A stretch of 64,000 nt of DNA. Origin: Scenedesmus sp. PABB004. Lineage: Eukaryota. Of this stretch, positions 54,197 through 64,000 are shown in pieces; positions within the stretch are counted from its first letter, which is position 1; every line of letters begins with the position of its first letter. Under the pieces are notes generated by a model. It searched no databases and was not told the origin of the DNA. It saw only the letters and a program-made list of their open reading frames with translations. The stretch spans positions 248,001 to 312,000 of the forward strand of contig JABVCE010000015.1 in NCBI GenBank assembly GCA_014905635.1, given 5' to 3'. The position numbers were made by a program, and so were the translations under genes.

Positions 54197-57100
54197 ATGA
54201 GTGTCGTCAAGCGCGGCAGCGCCCGTGAGCGCGCGGCGCGCGCGGGCTGGGCCGCCAGCGGCCCCGCATGGGCGCCGGCGCCTGGAAGCCGGCTTCCATG
54301 GCCCGCCGCCCCGCCCGCGCCCCGCGACCGCCGCGCTCGGTGCGCCCCGCCTCATGCCGCCGCCTGCCCGCCGCGCAGGGCCGCTGCTGCTGGCGGCGGC
54401 GCTGGCGCTCCTGGCCGGCGGCGCGGCCGCCGCGCGCTTCGCGCCCGCCGGCGCCGCCGACCCCTTTGGCGGCCTGCTGGGCGGCGGCTCCATGCGCCGC
54501 CTGCTGGTGCGTGGCGGCGGCGCGCGCCCCGGCGGCGCAGCAGGCCGCCCACGCGCGCCTCGGCGCGCCCGCGCCCAACGCCCGGCCGCCCGCCGCTCCT
54601 CCAGGGCAACTGGGGAGCTGCAGGCTCGTGCACTGACCGGCCCATCACCAGCAGGGGGGCGGTGCCCGTGCCGGCCGGCGACAGCGTCGCTTGGACTGAT
54701 CTGAAGACTAGCCTGGGATGGGACGTGGCCAGCACGCGCCCGAGCCTCGCCCAATGGTCGGCCAACAACGGCTCCCTCCCCGCTGGCAGCCAGGACCTGT
54801 TCAGCATTCTGTGCGAGGGGCAAAGCCGCGTGGCGGGCACCTTCCCCAGCCTGTTCTGCGACCAGAACGGCCGCGACGACACCAAGCTTGCGGGCCAGGT
54901 GCACGTGCGCTGGGACTGCGCCAACGGCGCGCTGTGGGTGCTCGCGTACGTGCTCGGCGGCCGCGGCCTCGACGTCACCAGCGCTGGCTTTGGCGCGATG
55001 TATGCCACGTGGGAGTGCGCCGACGGCAGCGGCCAGTGCGCCACCGGCTCTGGGGGCTTCCCGAAATTTCTCAAGTACGGCGGCAGCTCCACGACGGCCG
55101 GCTCCTGCGACGACGGCGGCACCTCGACCGGCGGCGGCAACGGCAACTACGCGTGCCCCAGCCCGTTTGCGATTCCGACCGCCACGGCCGCCGCCTCGGG
55201 CTACCCCTGCTGCCGCGACATGTGGCCGGTCCTTAATGGGACGACCATGGTCGGCTGGCTGGGCGTCGCGTACCTCAACCGGCCCACCTCGACGCCCGCC
55301 GCGCTGCCCGTGAACGGCCTCTACGCCCACCTGAACTACCGCTCCACCGAGGCGGGCAGCGGCGGCACGACTGCCTCCACGGGCTCGACCGCCATCAGCG
55401 CCCGCGCCTGCCTGACCTGCCCCGTGCCGCCTCCCCCGCCTCCGCCGTGTGTGTCCAACGCGACCTACTGCTGCCCCGGCGACAACTGCGGCGGTGCGCG
55501 CGGGCCCGCAGCAGCGCACACGCCGCGCGCGCTGCGGCAGGCCTCGGCGCGCGCGGGCCCTCCTCCTGCACTCACGCCCCTCCTCCTGCCTCCCTCCCCC
55601 CGCCGCCGCCCTCCGCCCTGCTGCCGCCGCGGCCCGTCAGCCGGCGATTTCACCGTGAGCGCCGCCGCTGGCTGCGCTGTGCTGCATCACGCGCACCCGC
55701 GGCCCCGCCTGCCGGCCGCCCCTCACGCGCCGCCGCACGCCGCTCCAACGTGACACGCCGCCGCAGTGCGACGTGGGTGTCACCAGCCCGCAGTGCGCGG
55801 GGACGAGCGGCGCCGACGCGGACCCCCTGGTCTTCACCATCACCGGCGTGCCAACCACCACCGCCTCGTCCGGTGTCAGTGCCGCGCTCGTCGTTGCGGA
55901 CACGACGGCTTCTGGGTGCAGCGCCTCGACCCCTGGTGGGCACAGCGGCGCGCGCGTGGGCCGTGCTGCACGAGGGCCACACGCGCGCGCACTGACTGCC
56001 CTCCCCTGCTCCAATGCGTGTCTGAGCCTGCGGCGCCCGCCGCCGCCGCCGCGCGCTCTTGCAGTGAAGCAGGGCAATGACTACGTGGTGACCGTCTCCG
56101 GCTGCACCGTGCCTTCGGGTGCCGCGTCCGCGGCCGTCACGGTGTCCGCGAGCGTGGCCGGGGGCGTCAGCGCCACGCCCTGCACCGCCGCAACCGCAAC
56201 GCTCAACCGCAAGCCGACCGTGGCCGTGGCCGTGGCCGCGCTGGGCGCCAGCCTGAGTGTGCCCAACTTTTGCAGCAACGACACGAGCGCCAAGGTGTTC
56301 AGCTTTGCAGTCAGCAGCAACGTCGCCGGCAGCGCCGCCCTCTCGGTGACGAGCGGGGCCGGCTGCACCCTCACGGGTGCGCCCGCACGCCCTCGGCCCT
56401 GCGCCGCGCCGCACGTGCTGCGGCCGGCACGGGGCCCCGCGCCCTGCGCCCCGCGCCTGCGCCGCGTGCGCGGCCCACGCCGCCACTGCTCTGCGCGCCG
56501 CGCGCAGCCGGCAGCAGCGTCACCCTGACGGCGGGGGTCAACTCTACTGTCGCCGTCTCCTGCAACACCTCGACGTGGAACACCGGCACGGCGCAGACCG
56601 TCACACTCACGGCCACCCAGACCGCGAGCCCCTGCTCGGACGCGACCGCGACCGCGTCCGTGAGCGTCACCAAGGTCCTGCAGCCCGCCGTCTCCGTCGT
56701 GGCCGGCACCGCCCCCGCCGACTTCTGCAGCGCGTCCACCGACGCCACCAAGGCCTTCACCTTCACCGTCACCAGCAACACCGCCACCGTCGACCTCGCC
56801 GTCTCCGACAACAGCACGGCCGTGGCCTGCACGCTCAGCGGCGGTGGGTTGGGCGGGCGCTCTCGCCGCCAGCACCCCTGCCCTCCCGCTCCCTGCTGGG
56901 ACCCCCGGCGCCTTGCTCGCTTGCTCACCCGCACGCCGCCGCTGCCGCTGCCACGCGGCTGCTGCCACGAAGGGGGCACGACTGCGGCCGGCGTCGCGCC
57001 CGGCAGCGTGACCGTCACCTGCACCCAGCTCGCGGGCGGCTGGCCGGCCGGCGGGTTGGGCGTCACGCTGACGGCGTCCGCGACCAACACCGCCGGCTCC

Positions 57101-59326
57101 GTGAGCTGCACAGACAGCGCGTCAGCCACCGCGGCGCTCACGATCAAGCCCACGCCCGCGCCGGCCCTCACCGCGCCGGTGACCGCGCCGAGCGTGTGCA
57201 GCGGCACTAGCGGCAGCGTGGTCTTCACCTTTGGCCTGTCCAGCTCGCTGACCGGCGGCTCTTTCACCTACGGCGTGACGCCTGCTGCCGGCCCTGCCTG
57301 CTCCGCCGAGGCCATCGACGGTGCGGCTTGTCGCGCCCGCACGCGTGCTGCTGCTGGTGCACCCCCGCCCCCCGCCCCTCCTCTCACACACGCGCCCACG
57401 CACACGTGCGCTGCAGGTGGCGTGAACGTGACCTGCAGCCCGACAGGCAACTGGGCAACCGGCACTACCACCGTCAACCTCACCGCCAGCCAGACGGTCA
57501 ACGGCTGCACCGGCGAAGACAGCAAGGCCACGACGCTCACAGTCAACCCCACGCCGGGCGTGACCGTGGCCCCGGTCAGCGCGCCGACCGTGTGCGCCAA
57601 CGTCGCCGACGGCGCGACCGCGGACTTCACGTTTGCGGTCAGCAGCGACCTGGCCGGCGGCACCCTCACCTACACGCTCCAGGAGACCACCCCGGCCATC
57701 TGCGCAATCAGCAGCCCCTCGCCGGCAACCACCAGTGAGCGGCTGCGCGCTGGGCGCGTGCTGCGCGCGCCGGCGCCGGCGCGCGGGGCGCGCCCGCGGC
57801 AGGCCGTCGCGGCCGCCTGCTGACGCCCCCGCCCGCCCGCCTGCCGCGCGCCTGCGCGCCGCCAGGCGCTGTGGCGGCGGGCACCAACTACACGGTCACT
57901 GTCACGTGCACCAAGAGCGGCGGCACATGGCCTACGGCGCCCTTCACCGTCGCGCTCAAGGCCGAGCACGCCAGCGCTGCCGGCTGCTCCGCCGACGCGA
58001 CGGCGACGTCCGCCGCGGCCACGGTCAACCAGCCGCCCACGCTCACCACGTCGGTCGGTGCCGCGCCCCTCATCTGCGCCAGCGACGCCGCCGCCAAGAC
58101 CTTCACCGTGACTGTGCGCAGCAGCAAGGCCGGGACCATCAACGTCGTGCCGACCGCCCCCGCGAGCGCGGGCTGCGGCAGTGTCACGGGTGCGGCGCGG
58201 AGAGGCAGCAGCGCTCGGCACGCGCACCTGGCCTGCCCCGCACGCGCGCGGCGCGCCGGCTGCCGCCAGCGGCTAACCCGCGGCCCCGCCCCTGCACACC
58301 CGCGCGCCCCGCAGTGACTGGCACGGCGAATGTCGACGCCACCGCTGTCGTGACCTGCACGCCCACCAGCAACTGGGGCGCCGTGGGCTGCTTCACCTTG
58401 GGCGTGACGGCCAGCCAGACCGACACCAACGGCTGCACCGGCACGGCCACCGCAACGCGGCCGGCTACCGTGTCCACCTGCACGAGCGCGAGCGGCACTG
58501 CCTATGCCTTCAGCGACGCCACCAGCTTTGTGCCGGCGACATCCAGGACCTCCAGCAATGCCACGTGCTTCAAGAGCACGGACATTGGCTGCAGCAACTG
58601 GTGCGCGGCCGCGCCGCGAAGCCGCCCCGCCCGCGGGCAGCGACGCGCCCTGCGGCCGCCGCGCAGCGCAGCCGCTCACCCGCGCGCCGCGCGCCGCGCC
58701 GCAGGGGCTGGCGCAACCTCTGGAAGGAGGGTCCGGCCAGCAAGGAGTATGTGCTCATCACCGGCGCGGGCAACAACATGTGCGGCGGCGGCGCCAACGC
58801 TGGCACGCTCAAGGTGTCGTGCGCCAACACCGTCGCCAGCGGCTCTGTCTTCACGTTTGAGGGCATCGGCGGCGGCCAGACCACCACAGGCGCGGTCGAC
58901 ATGCACTTTTATGCCGGCTGCGCGCCGGCACCCAAGACCAACTCCAAGCGCTGCACGCCCGGCGCCGGCGCGTTTGGCGGCGCGTCCAACGGCTCACCCG
59001 GTTTCGGCGGCAACGTCGTGCCGCAGCTGCAGCAGTTCAAGGCCCCGACCGCCGGGCGCGCGCCGTACAGCGTGACGCTGACCGGCTGCAACTGCAACAG
59101 TGTCTACTGGGTCTTCCATGAGAGCGGCAACTACGTGATCTACGGCGACGACGTGCCCTCGTGCTCAGCCAGCCAGGCGACGACGCTGGCGGCGTTCCAG
59201 GCCCTCCAGTCGAGCCGGCGCGCGCCCGCCCAGCCGACCACGGGCGGCGCCAAGCCCGGCAAGGGCAGGCCCGGCAGGAAGCCCGGCAAGCCCGGCAAGA
59301 GGCCGGGCAAGTCGCCCGCGCCCTGA
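54197..59326 (+). CDS. Large secreted Cys/Thr/Ser-rich repeat protein, paralog B (6 Ig/PKD-like repeats)
   Basis: MSVVKRGSARPLLLAAALALLAGGAAA; colinear with paralog A, same intron positions, one extra repeat (about 57545-58030) and same KPGKRPGKSPAP* end. Confidence 0.85.
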
Positions 59327-60469
59327 GCCTGCCGCTTGGGGCATCACCCCAGGTGAGCCCCTTGCGCGGCCACTTGTGCATCACCACAACACCGCACGCC
59401 GCGCACGCGCACCCTCGGCACTGCCGGCAGTAGAAGCTTTGCTGGACAGTAGCGTTGCTAGCATTGCCGGGCCGGCGCAATGGGGAGTTTACGGGCTTTC
59501 TTCGACGACCTGCCTCGCTTGCATTGCTTGCATCGCGGCGCCATGGAGGGCGGGGAATAAGCTGGGCTGCACACACACCGTGCGCCAGGCTGGCGTGCCG
59601 GGCGGGGCAGCCCACAAACGTTGGAGTGCGCGGCGTCGTTTGAGTACGCCGCGCGGGCGAGTGCCGGCCGGGCCTCGCACACCCCGCACGCCCGCTCGCA
59701 CGCGCGAGGATTCGCGTGCCTGCCGGAGTGCAGTGCATCGTCAGGGTTTCACTTGCAGAGCGCCGTGCACGCCCCGCTGGTGGTGCGACGGCGCAGCACC
59801 CCTGCCAGCTCTCTCTCTCTCTCTCGCTCATAATCGCGTGCGGCCGCCCCCCTCCCCACCGCGGCGGCCGCGCCGGGGCGGCGCGCCGGTTCCGAGGTTC
59901 TGGCTCCGGCCTGCCTGCTGGCTTGCTTGGCGAGCAGGCCCGCACCCGCTCAGGGAGTCTGATTGTTGTGGCTCGGAAAGCCAAGGGGCATGCACGCCGC
60001 TGCCTTGGCAATCATGCGGCATGCTCGTGCAGGCACGGCCCGGCCCGGCGTGGTTGCCGAGGGCCCGGCGCGCTGGTGGTGGTCGGAGGAATGTGGCTGG
60101 GGAACAAATCGAGCATCAAAGCATAAACTCTGGACTGCGGGACGTCCAGCAGAGGCGGGACGGTGCAATGTGGCGGTTCTCGGTTGGCCAAACCGGTGTG
60201 CGATGATGTGGCGCAGCTGCAGGGACGCGCCCCTGGCCGGCAGCACGGGGAGGGAGGCAAGCGGAGGGGAACAAGGCAGGGAGGGAGGGAGGATGCACTG
60301 GGAATTCAGTGCGCAGTTTGGCTGGCCAGCACCCCGGGCGTGCCCCACTATGCACGTGCGCATTGCCCTGCCAGCGCGCAGTGCACGCGGCCAGGCCTAG
60401 GTGTCCGCGCCCGTCTCACGCGCCTCACCACATAAACGACGTTAATACACCGTATGACGTTCATAATGC

Positions 60470-60531
60470 GCGGTGAACGCGGCATCATGCCACGTTCACC
60501 GCTGCCTATCTATCTACCTATCTATCTATCT
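60470..60531 (+). other. Stem-loop followed by (CTAT)n tail in an AT-richer island; possible 3' remnant of a non-LTR retroelement
   Basis: gcggtgaacg-c-ggca-tca-tgcc-a-cgttcaccgc, then ctatctatctacctatctatctatct. Confidence 0.4.
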
Positions 60532-61465
60532 CAACGCAACGCAGCGCAGCTGCAGACCGGCTGCAGTGCCTGGCCTGCGCGCACACCCGGCGTGCTCACA
60601 ATAAGGCGTGAATTCAATAACCCAACGTGCGGCCCGCCCGCCCCAGCCTGCTGCGCGACACTGAGCGCCGCGCGCTTCCACCAAGCCCAGGGCAGCTGCG
60701 CCGTGGGGGCGTGGCGGTGGGAAGGACGTGTCCAGCCCTGGCTGGTGCCCGGCGGGCGCTGGCAGCGTACGGCGGGTGGCTCGCTGCGAGGCCGGGCGGC
60801 AGGTCAGCCTGCAGCCGCGCGTGCTGGTGCCGCTGGCTGGCTGTAAGCGTCATCGATCGCGCCGCGGCAGCTCGCCAGCACCGCGCACAGCGCTGGCAGC
60901 AGCTGACCGCAGCCGCCATGCCGGTCGCCGCTCAGGGTCCCTCTCCGTCCAACAAAAACAGCATTACCGCAATGCGTGTGCAGTGTGTGTATGGGTGCGC
61001 TCGACGCCGACCACAGCGTGGGCGCGCGAGCGCTGCCAGGGCGCGCCCCTGATGGCCAGGGGTGCGGGCGTGCGTTGCTCGGCTGCGCGCCGCCGCCGCG
61101 GGCGCTGCGGGGCGCGGCGCCTCCCATGCGCCATGCGTGGCGCCCGTCTGCCGCGCTGGCCCCGGACGCTGCCCCCTCCTGCGTCCAACCACACGCGCGC
61201 GTTCACGCGCATGGCACCATGCACGCCCGCGCAAACAGCTTGAAACCAGGACCACGGAGCGCTGCTGTCGCAGTGCTGTCAGAGCGCGCACAGCGGGCAG
61301 CGCGGAATCACAGCAGCCGCTGCCGCCGCCGGCGCGCAGGCCCCAGCCGGGCGCCGCGGCGCCTTTTGCCCCCCCCCCCCGGTCAGCCAGGCGTGGGCGC
61401 AGTGCTGACGCGCACGGCGCGCCGGCAGCCGGGCCACACGCGCGCGCGCCCTCGCGCTGGCCCGC

Positions 61466-61913
61466 TCACGCCTTGTGCTGCGCCAGGCGCGCGAGCAGCT
61501 CCCTGCGCTGGCCCTTCACGCTCAGGCCGCGCGCCTTGCACAGCTCCTTGAGCTGAGCTGTCGGCAGCGCCGCCACGTCGGCCGCGCCCGGCTCCGCCCC
61601 CGCAGCCGCCGCGACGGTGCGCTTGGCGTCGGCCTTGGACACCTGCGCGGCGGCCGCGGCGCGGGCGCGGCGGCGGGGCGCGCCGGAGCACGCTCAGCGC
61701 GCGGCCGACCGTGCCGGCCGCGTGCGCCGCCGCGCGACGCGCCAGCTGCGCCCGCCGCGCCTGCTTCTGCTTGAGCCAGCCCGGCGTCTCCGCCTCGGTG
61801 TGGGCGCGCTTGATCTTGGACGCAATCGCCTCGTCCTCAGAGTCCAGCGCGCGCGGCGCCGCGGCGCCGCGCGACACAGTGCGGCTGCGCGAGCGGCCGT
61901 TGCCGCCGCGCGG

Positions 61914-61944
<31 letters not shown>

Positions 61945-62894
61945 TCCGCGAGCGCGGGCGCGGCGGTGGCGGACGCGATCTCCTCGGCCTTCAGCACCGC
62001 CGCGTCGGCCGCGGGCGGCGCGGCGGCCGCGACGGCGGCCTCCGCCGCGGGGGCCGCCGCCGCCTCGCCGTCCTCGACCTCCGCCGGCGCGGGCGGCGCC
62101 GGCACCGGCAGCGTGCCCGGCAGCACCTCGTGCGCGCCGCCCTCCCAGCCGTCGCGGACAGTCAGCTCGACTGCGCCCGCAGCGGCGGGCGCGCACAGCT
62201 CCAGGTTGTCGGTCGGCTGCCACGCCCGCACCTGCGCGCGGCGCGCGGCGCCCGCTCGACGGCGCGCTCGCCGCCAAAGCCGCGGCTCGCCTTGGCCGCG
62301 GCGCGCTGCCGGTGCGTGGCTCGCTGCCCGCGCCGCCGCTGAGCCGCCCACCTCCTTGACCTCAGCCTCGCCGGCGCGCACGATGTACTTGTACTCGAAG
62401 CGCGCCCTGGCGGCGGCGGCGGCGGCGGCGCGGCGACGGCGGCGGCGGCGGCGGCAGCGGCGGCGCGGGGCGAGGCGGCGCGGCGCGGCGCGGCGTGGGC
62501 TCGGCCCGCAGGACGCGCGCGCGCGCCGCGCGCACGGACGCGTGTGACACGCGCGCGCCGCGCACCCCGCGGGCAGCTCCGCCTCGGCGGTCCAGACGTC
62601 GCCCTCGTTCCACGCCATCGGCACGCAGGCGTCGACGTTCCAGCTGCCGAGCGCGTCGGCCTCGCCCACGAGGCAGACGTCCTCGCCCCACTCGACGTGC
62701 TTGGGCAGCTGGAAGGTCACCTTGGCCTTGGCGGCGGGCGGCGCGTCGCCGGCGTCGAGGGACGGCTCCGCGTCGGGGCGCTCCTCGGGCTGGAAGCGCG
62801 CCGGCGGCGCCAGCCGCGCCGGCGCGCGCCGCGCCGGGCGCGGGCCGAGCAGCGCGGCGGCGCCGCCCGAGCGGGCGAGGAGCAGGTTGGCCAT
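61466..62894 (-). CDS. Predicted plastid protein with CBM20 starch-binding domain and C-terminal SAP domain; 4 exons
   Basis: Transit-like MANLLLARSGGAAALLGPRPARRAPAR; CBM20 KVTFQLPKHVEWGEDVCLVGEADALGSWN..MAWNEGDVWTAE..FEYKYIV..WQPTDN; SAP LPTAQLKELCKARGLSVKGQRRELLARL; TGA at 61466-61468. Confidence 0.85.
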
Positions 62895-63391
62895 GGCTGC
62901 TGGGAGGGCCTGGCGGTGGCGGGCGGTGGCGGGCGGTGGGCCCCCAGATGCGTGCGCCCCGCAGCAACGCGGCGCCTGATCGGGCCCGCGGCAATCGCCG
63001 TGACCGCCCGACACCGCACTGGAGAGCCCCAGCGGGCAGCGGTCGGCGCCGGCGGCCCCAGCGCGCTGCGCCGGTGCGGCCGGGGCGAGCTGCCCGGCGC
63101 TCCGGGGCCCAGTGGCCTTGCGGCCGCCGCGCGGCGGCTGTCCCGGCGTCCCACGATTGCCGGGAGCACGACCGTAGCGAGCCGCAGGCAGCCGAGTGCG
63201 CACCTGCGAAAGGGCCAACTTGCTGTTGTCGGGCCGGGCGATCGACGCGTCCGACCTGCGTGGGCGAGGTGAGCTGGCCTGCTGCGGTCTGGACGTCGCG
63301 GGCCGCGCAGCAGCCGGCGGGCGGCGCGGCGGCGCTGGTTGACGAGCGGCGGTTGAGCCGCTCAGCAGCCGGCGGGCGGCGCCGCGACGGC

Positions 63392-64000
63392 TCACGCGGC
63401 GCCGCCGCCGCCGACGCCGCCGCCGCCCAGCAGCAGCACGTCCGGGCCGCCGCCGCCGCCGCCGCCCCACGCGGCCGCGAGCACGCCGCCCGCGCCCTCG
63501 GCGCCCGCCGCGCACGCGGGCTCGTCGCCCGCGTCCCGCGGCGGCAGCAGGCCGGCGGTGCACACGAGCAGCTGCGGCCGCGCCGGCGCGCCCACGCACT
63601 CGGCCGCGAGCCGCGCGGCCTGGCGCGGCTCGCCGGGCGCCCAGCGGCGCAGCCGCACGCGCTCGCACACGATGCCCGGCTCGGCCGCCGCCAGCGCGGC
63701 GGCAAAGCCGGCCTCGTACGCGGCGCCGCCGCCGGCGGGGCCCGGCATGACCGCGGTCGCCCGTGCCGCGCCGCGCCACACCGCCACGGCCGCGAGCAGC
63801 GCGGCCGCGGCGCCGGCCGCGGCGAGCGCGCCCGCGCCCGTGCCGCCCGCTCCGCCGAGGCCGCGCGCCGCGGCGGCGGGCGGCGCGGCCGGCGCCGGCA
63901 GCAGCAGCGCCGCGCGGCCGCGGCGCTCGCCGCCCAGCGCGAGCCAGGGCGGCAGCAGCAGCGCGCGCCGCCCCAGCAGCTGCAGCGGTGCGGCGCCCGC
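63392..64000 (-). CDS. 3' part of an Ala/Gly-rich hypothetical protein running off the window edge
   Basis: Open frame from the edge to TGA 63392 (LQLLGRRALLLPPWLAL..PGIVCERVRLRRW..PQLLVCTAGLLP); no family recognised with confidence. Confidence 0.5.
   Translation of the reverse strand, partial: AGAAPLQLLGRRALLLPPWLALGGERRGRAALLLPAPAAPPAAAARGLGGAGGTGAGALAAAGAAAALLAAVAVWRGAARATAVMPGPAGGGAAYEAGFAAALAAAEPGIVCERVRLRRWAPGEPRQAARLAAECVGAPARPQLLVCTAGLLPPRDAGDEPACAAGAEGAGGVLAAAWGGGGGGGPDVLLLGGGGVGGGGAA

Noticed and set aside
61770..61800. Rubisco-binding motif in the CBM20-SAP protein (PGWLKQK)
   Set aside because: Does not match the (D/N)W(R/K)xx(L/I/V/A) consensus.
63392..64000. Methyltransferase call from the GAGGTGAGAL Gly-rich motif
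   Set aside because: Indistinguishable from the Gly/Ala-rich background and no acidic motif II; gene is truncated by the window edge.

Overview
Very GC-rich (about 75-80% by eye), intron-dense eukaryotic nuclear DNA, most consistent with a chlorophyte green alga. Support: TGTAA poly(A) signals, plastid transit peptides and a radial-spoke gene; a Sphaeropleales-like origin is inference only. Most long six-frame ORFs are GC artefacts, so genes were rebuilt by hand-splicing. Left to right: ispG/HDS (+), an 83-aa small protein (+), an RSP1-like MORN protein (-), a TMEM254/DUF4499-like protein (+), petC (+), an F-box/FBA protein (+), an ANTH clathrin adaptor (+), an intronless bZIP (+), a low-complexity hypothetical (-), RAF1 (+), then a 21-kb secreted/cell-surface block, a CBM20-SAP plastid protein (-) and a truncated hypothetical (-). 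The surface block holds a membrane-anchored plasmepsin V/ASP5-like aspartic protease, an expansin-like DPBB + 2xCBM1 protein, and two tandem paralogous Cys/Thr-rich repeat proteins separated by an inverted copy of the protease 3' end. Best leads: (1) the surface-protein pair, with bacterial-adhesin-like repeats, patchwork gene conversion and a variable head; (2) a possible RxL/RRL processing link between the protease and those neighbours; (3) the starch-binding + DNA-binding CBM20-SAP fusion; (4) hairpin-element arrays, decoy splice donors and self-complementary ends in ispG introns.
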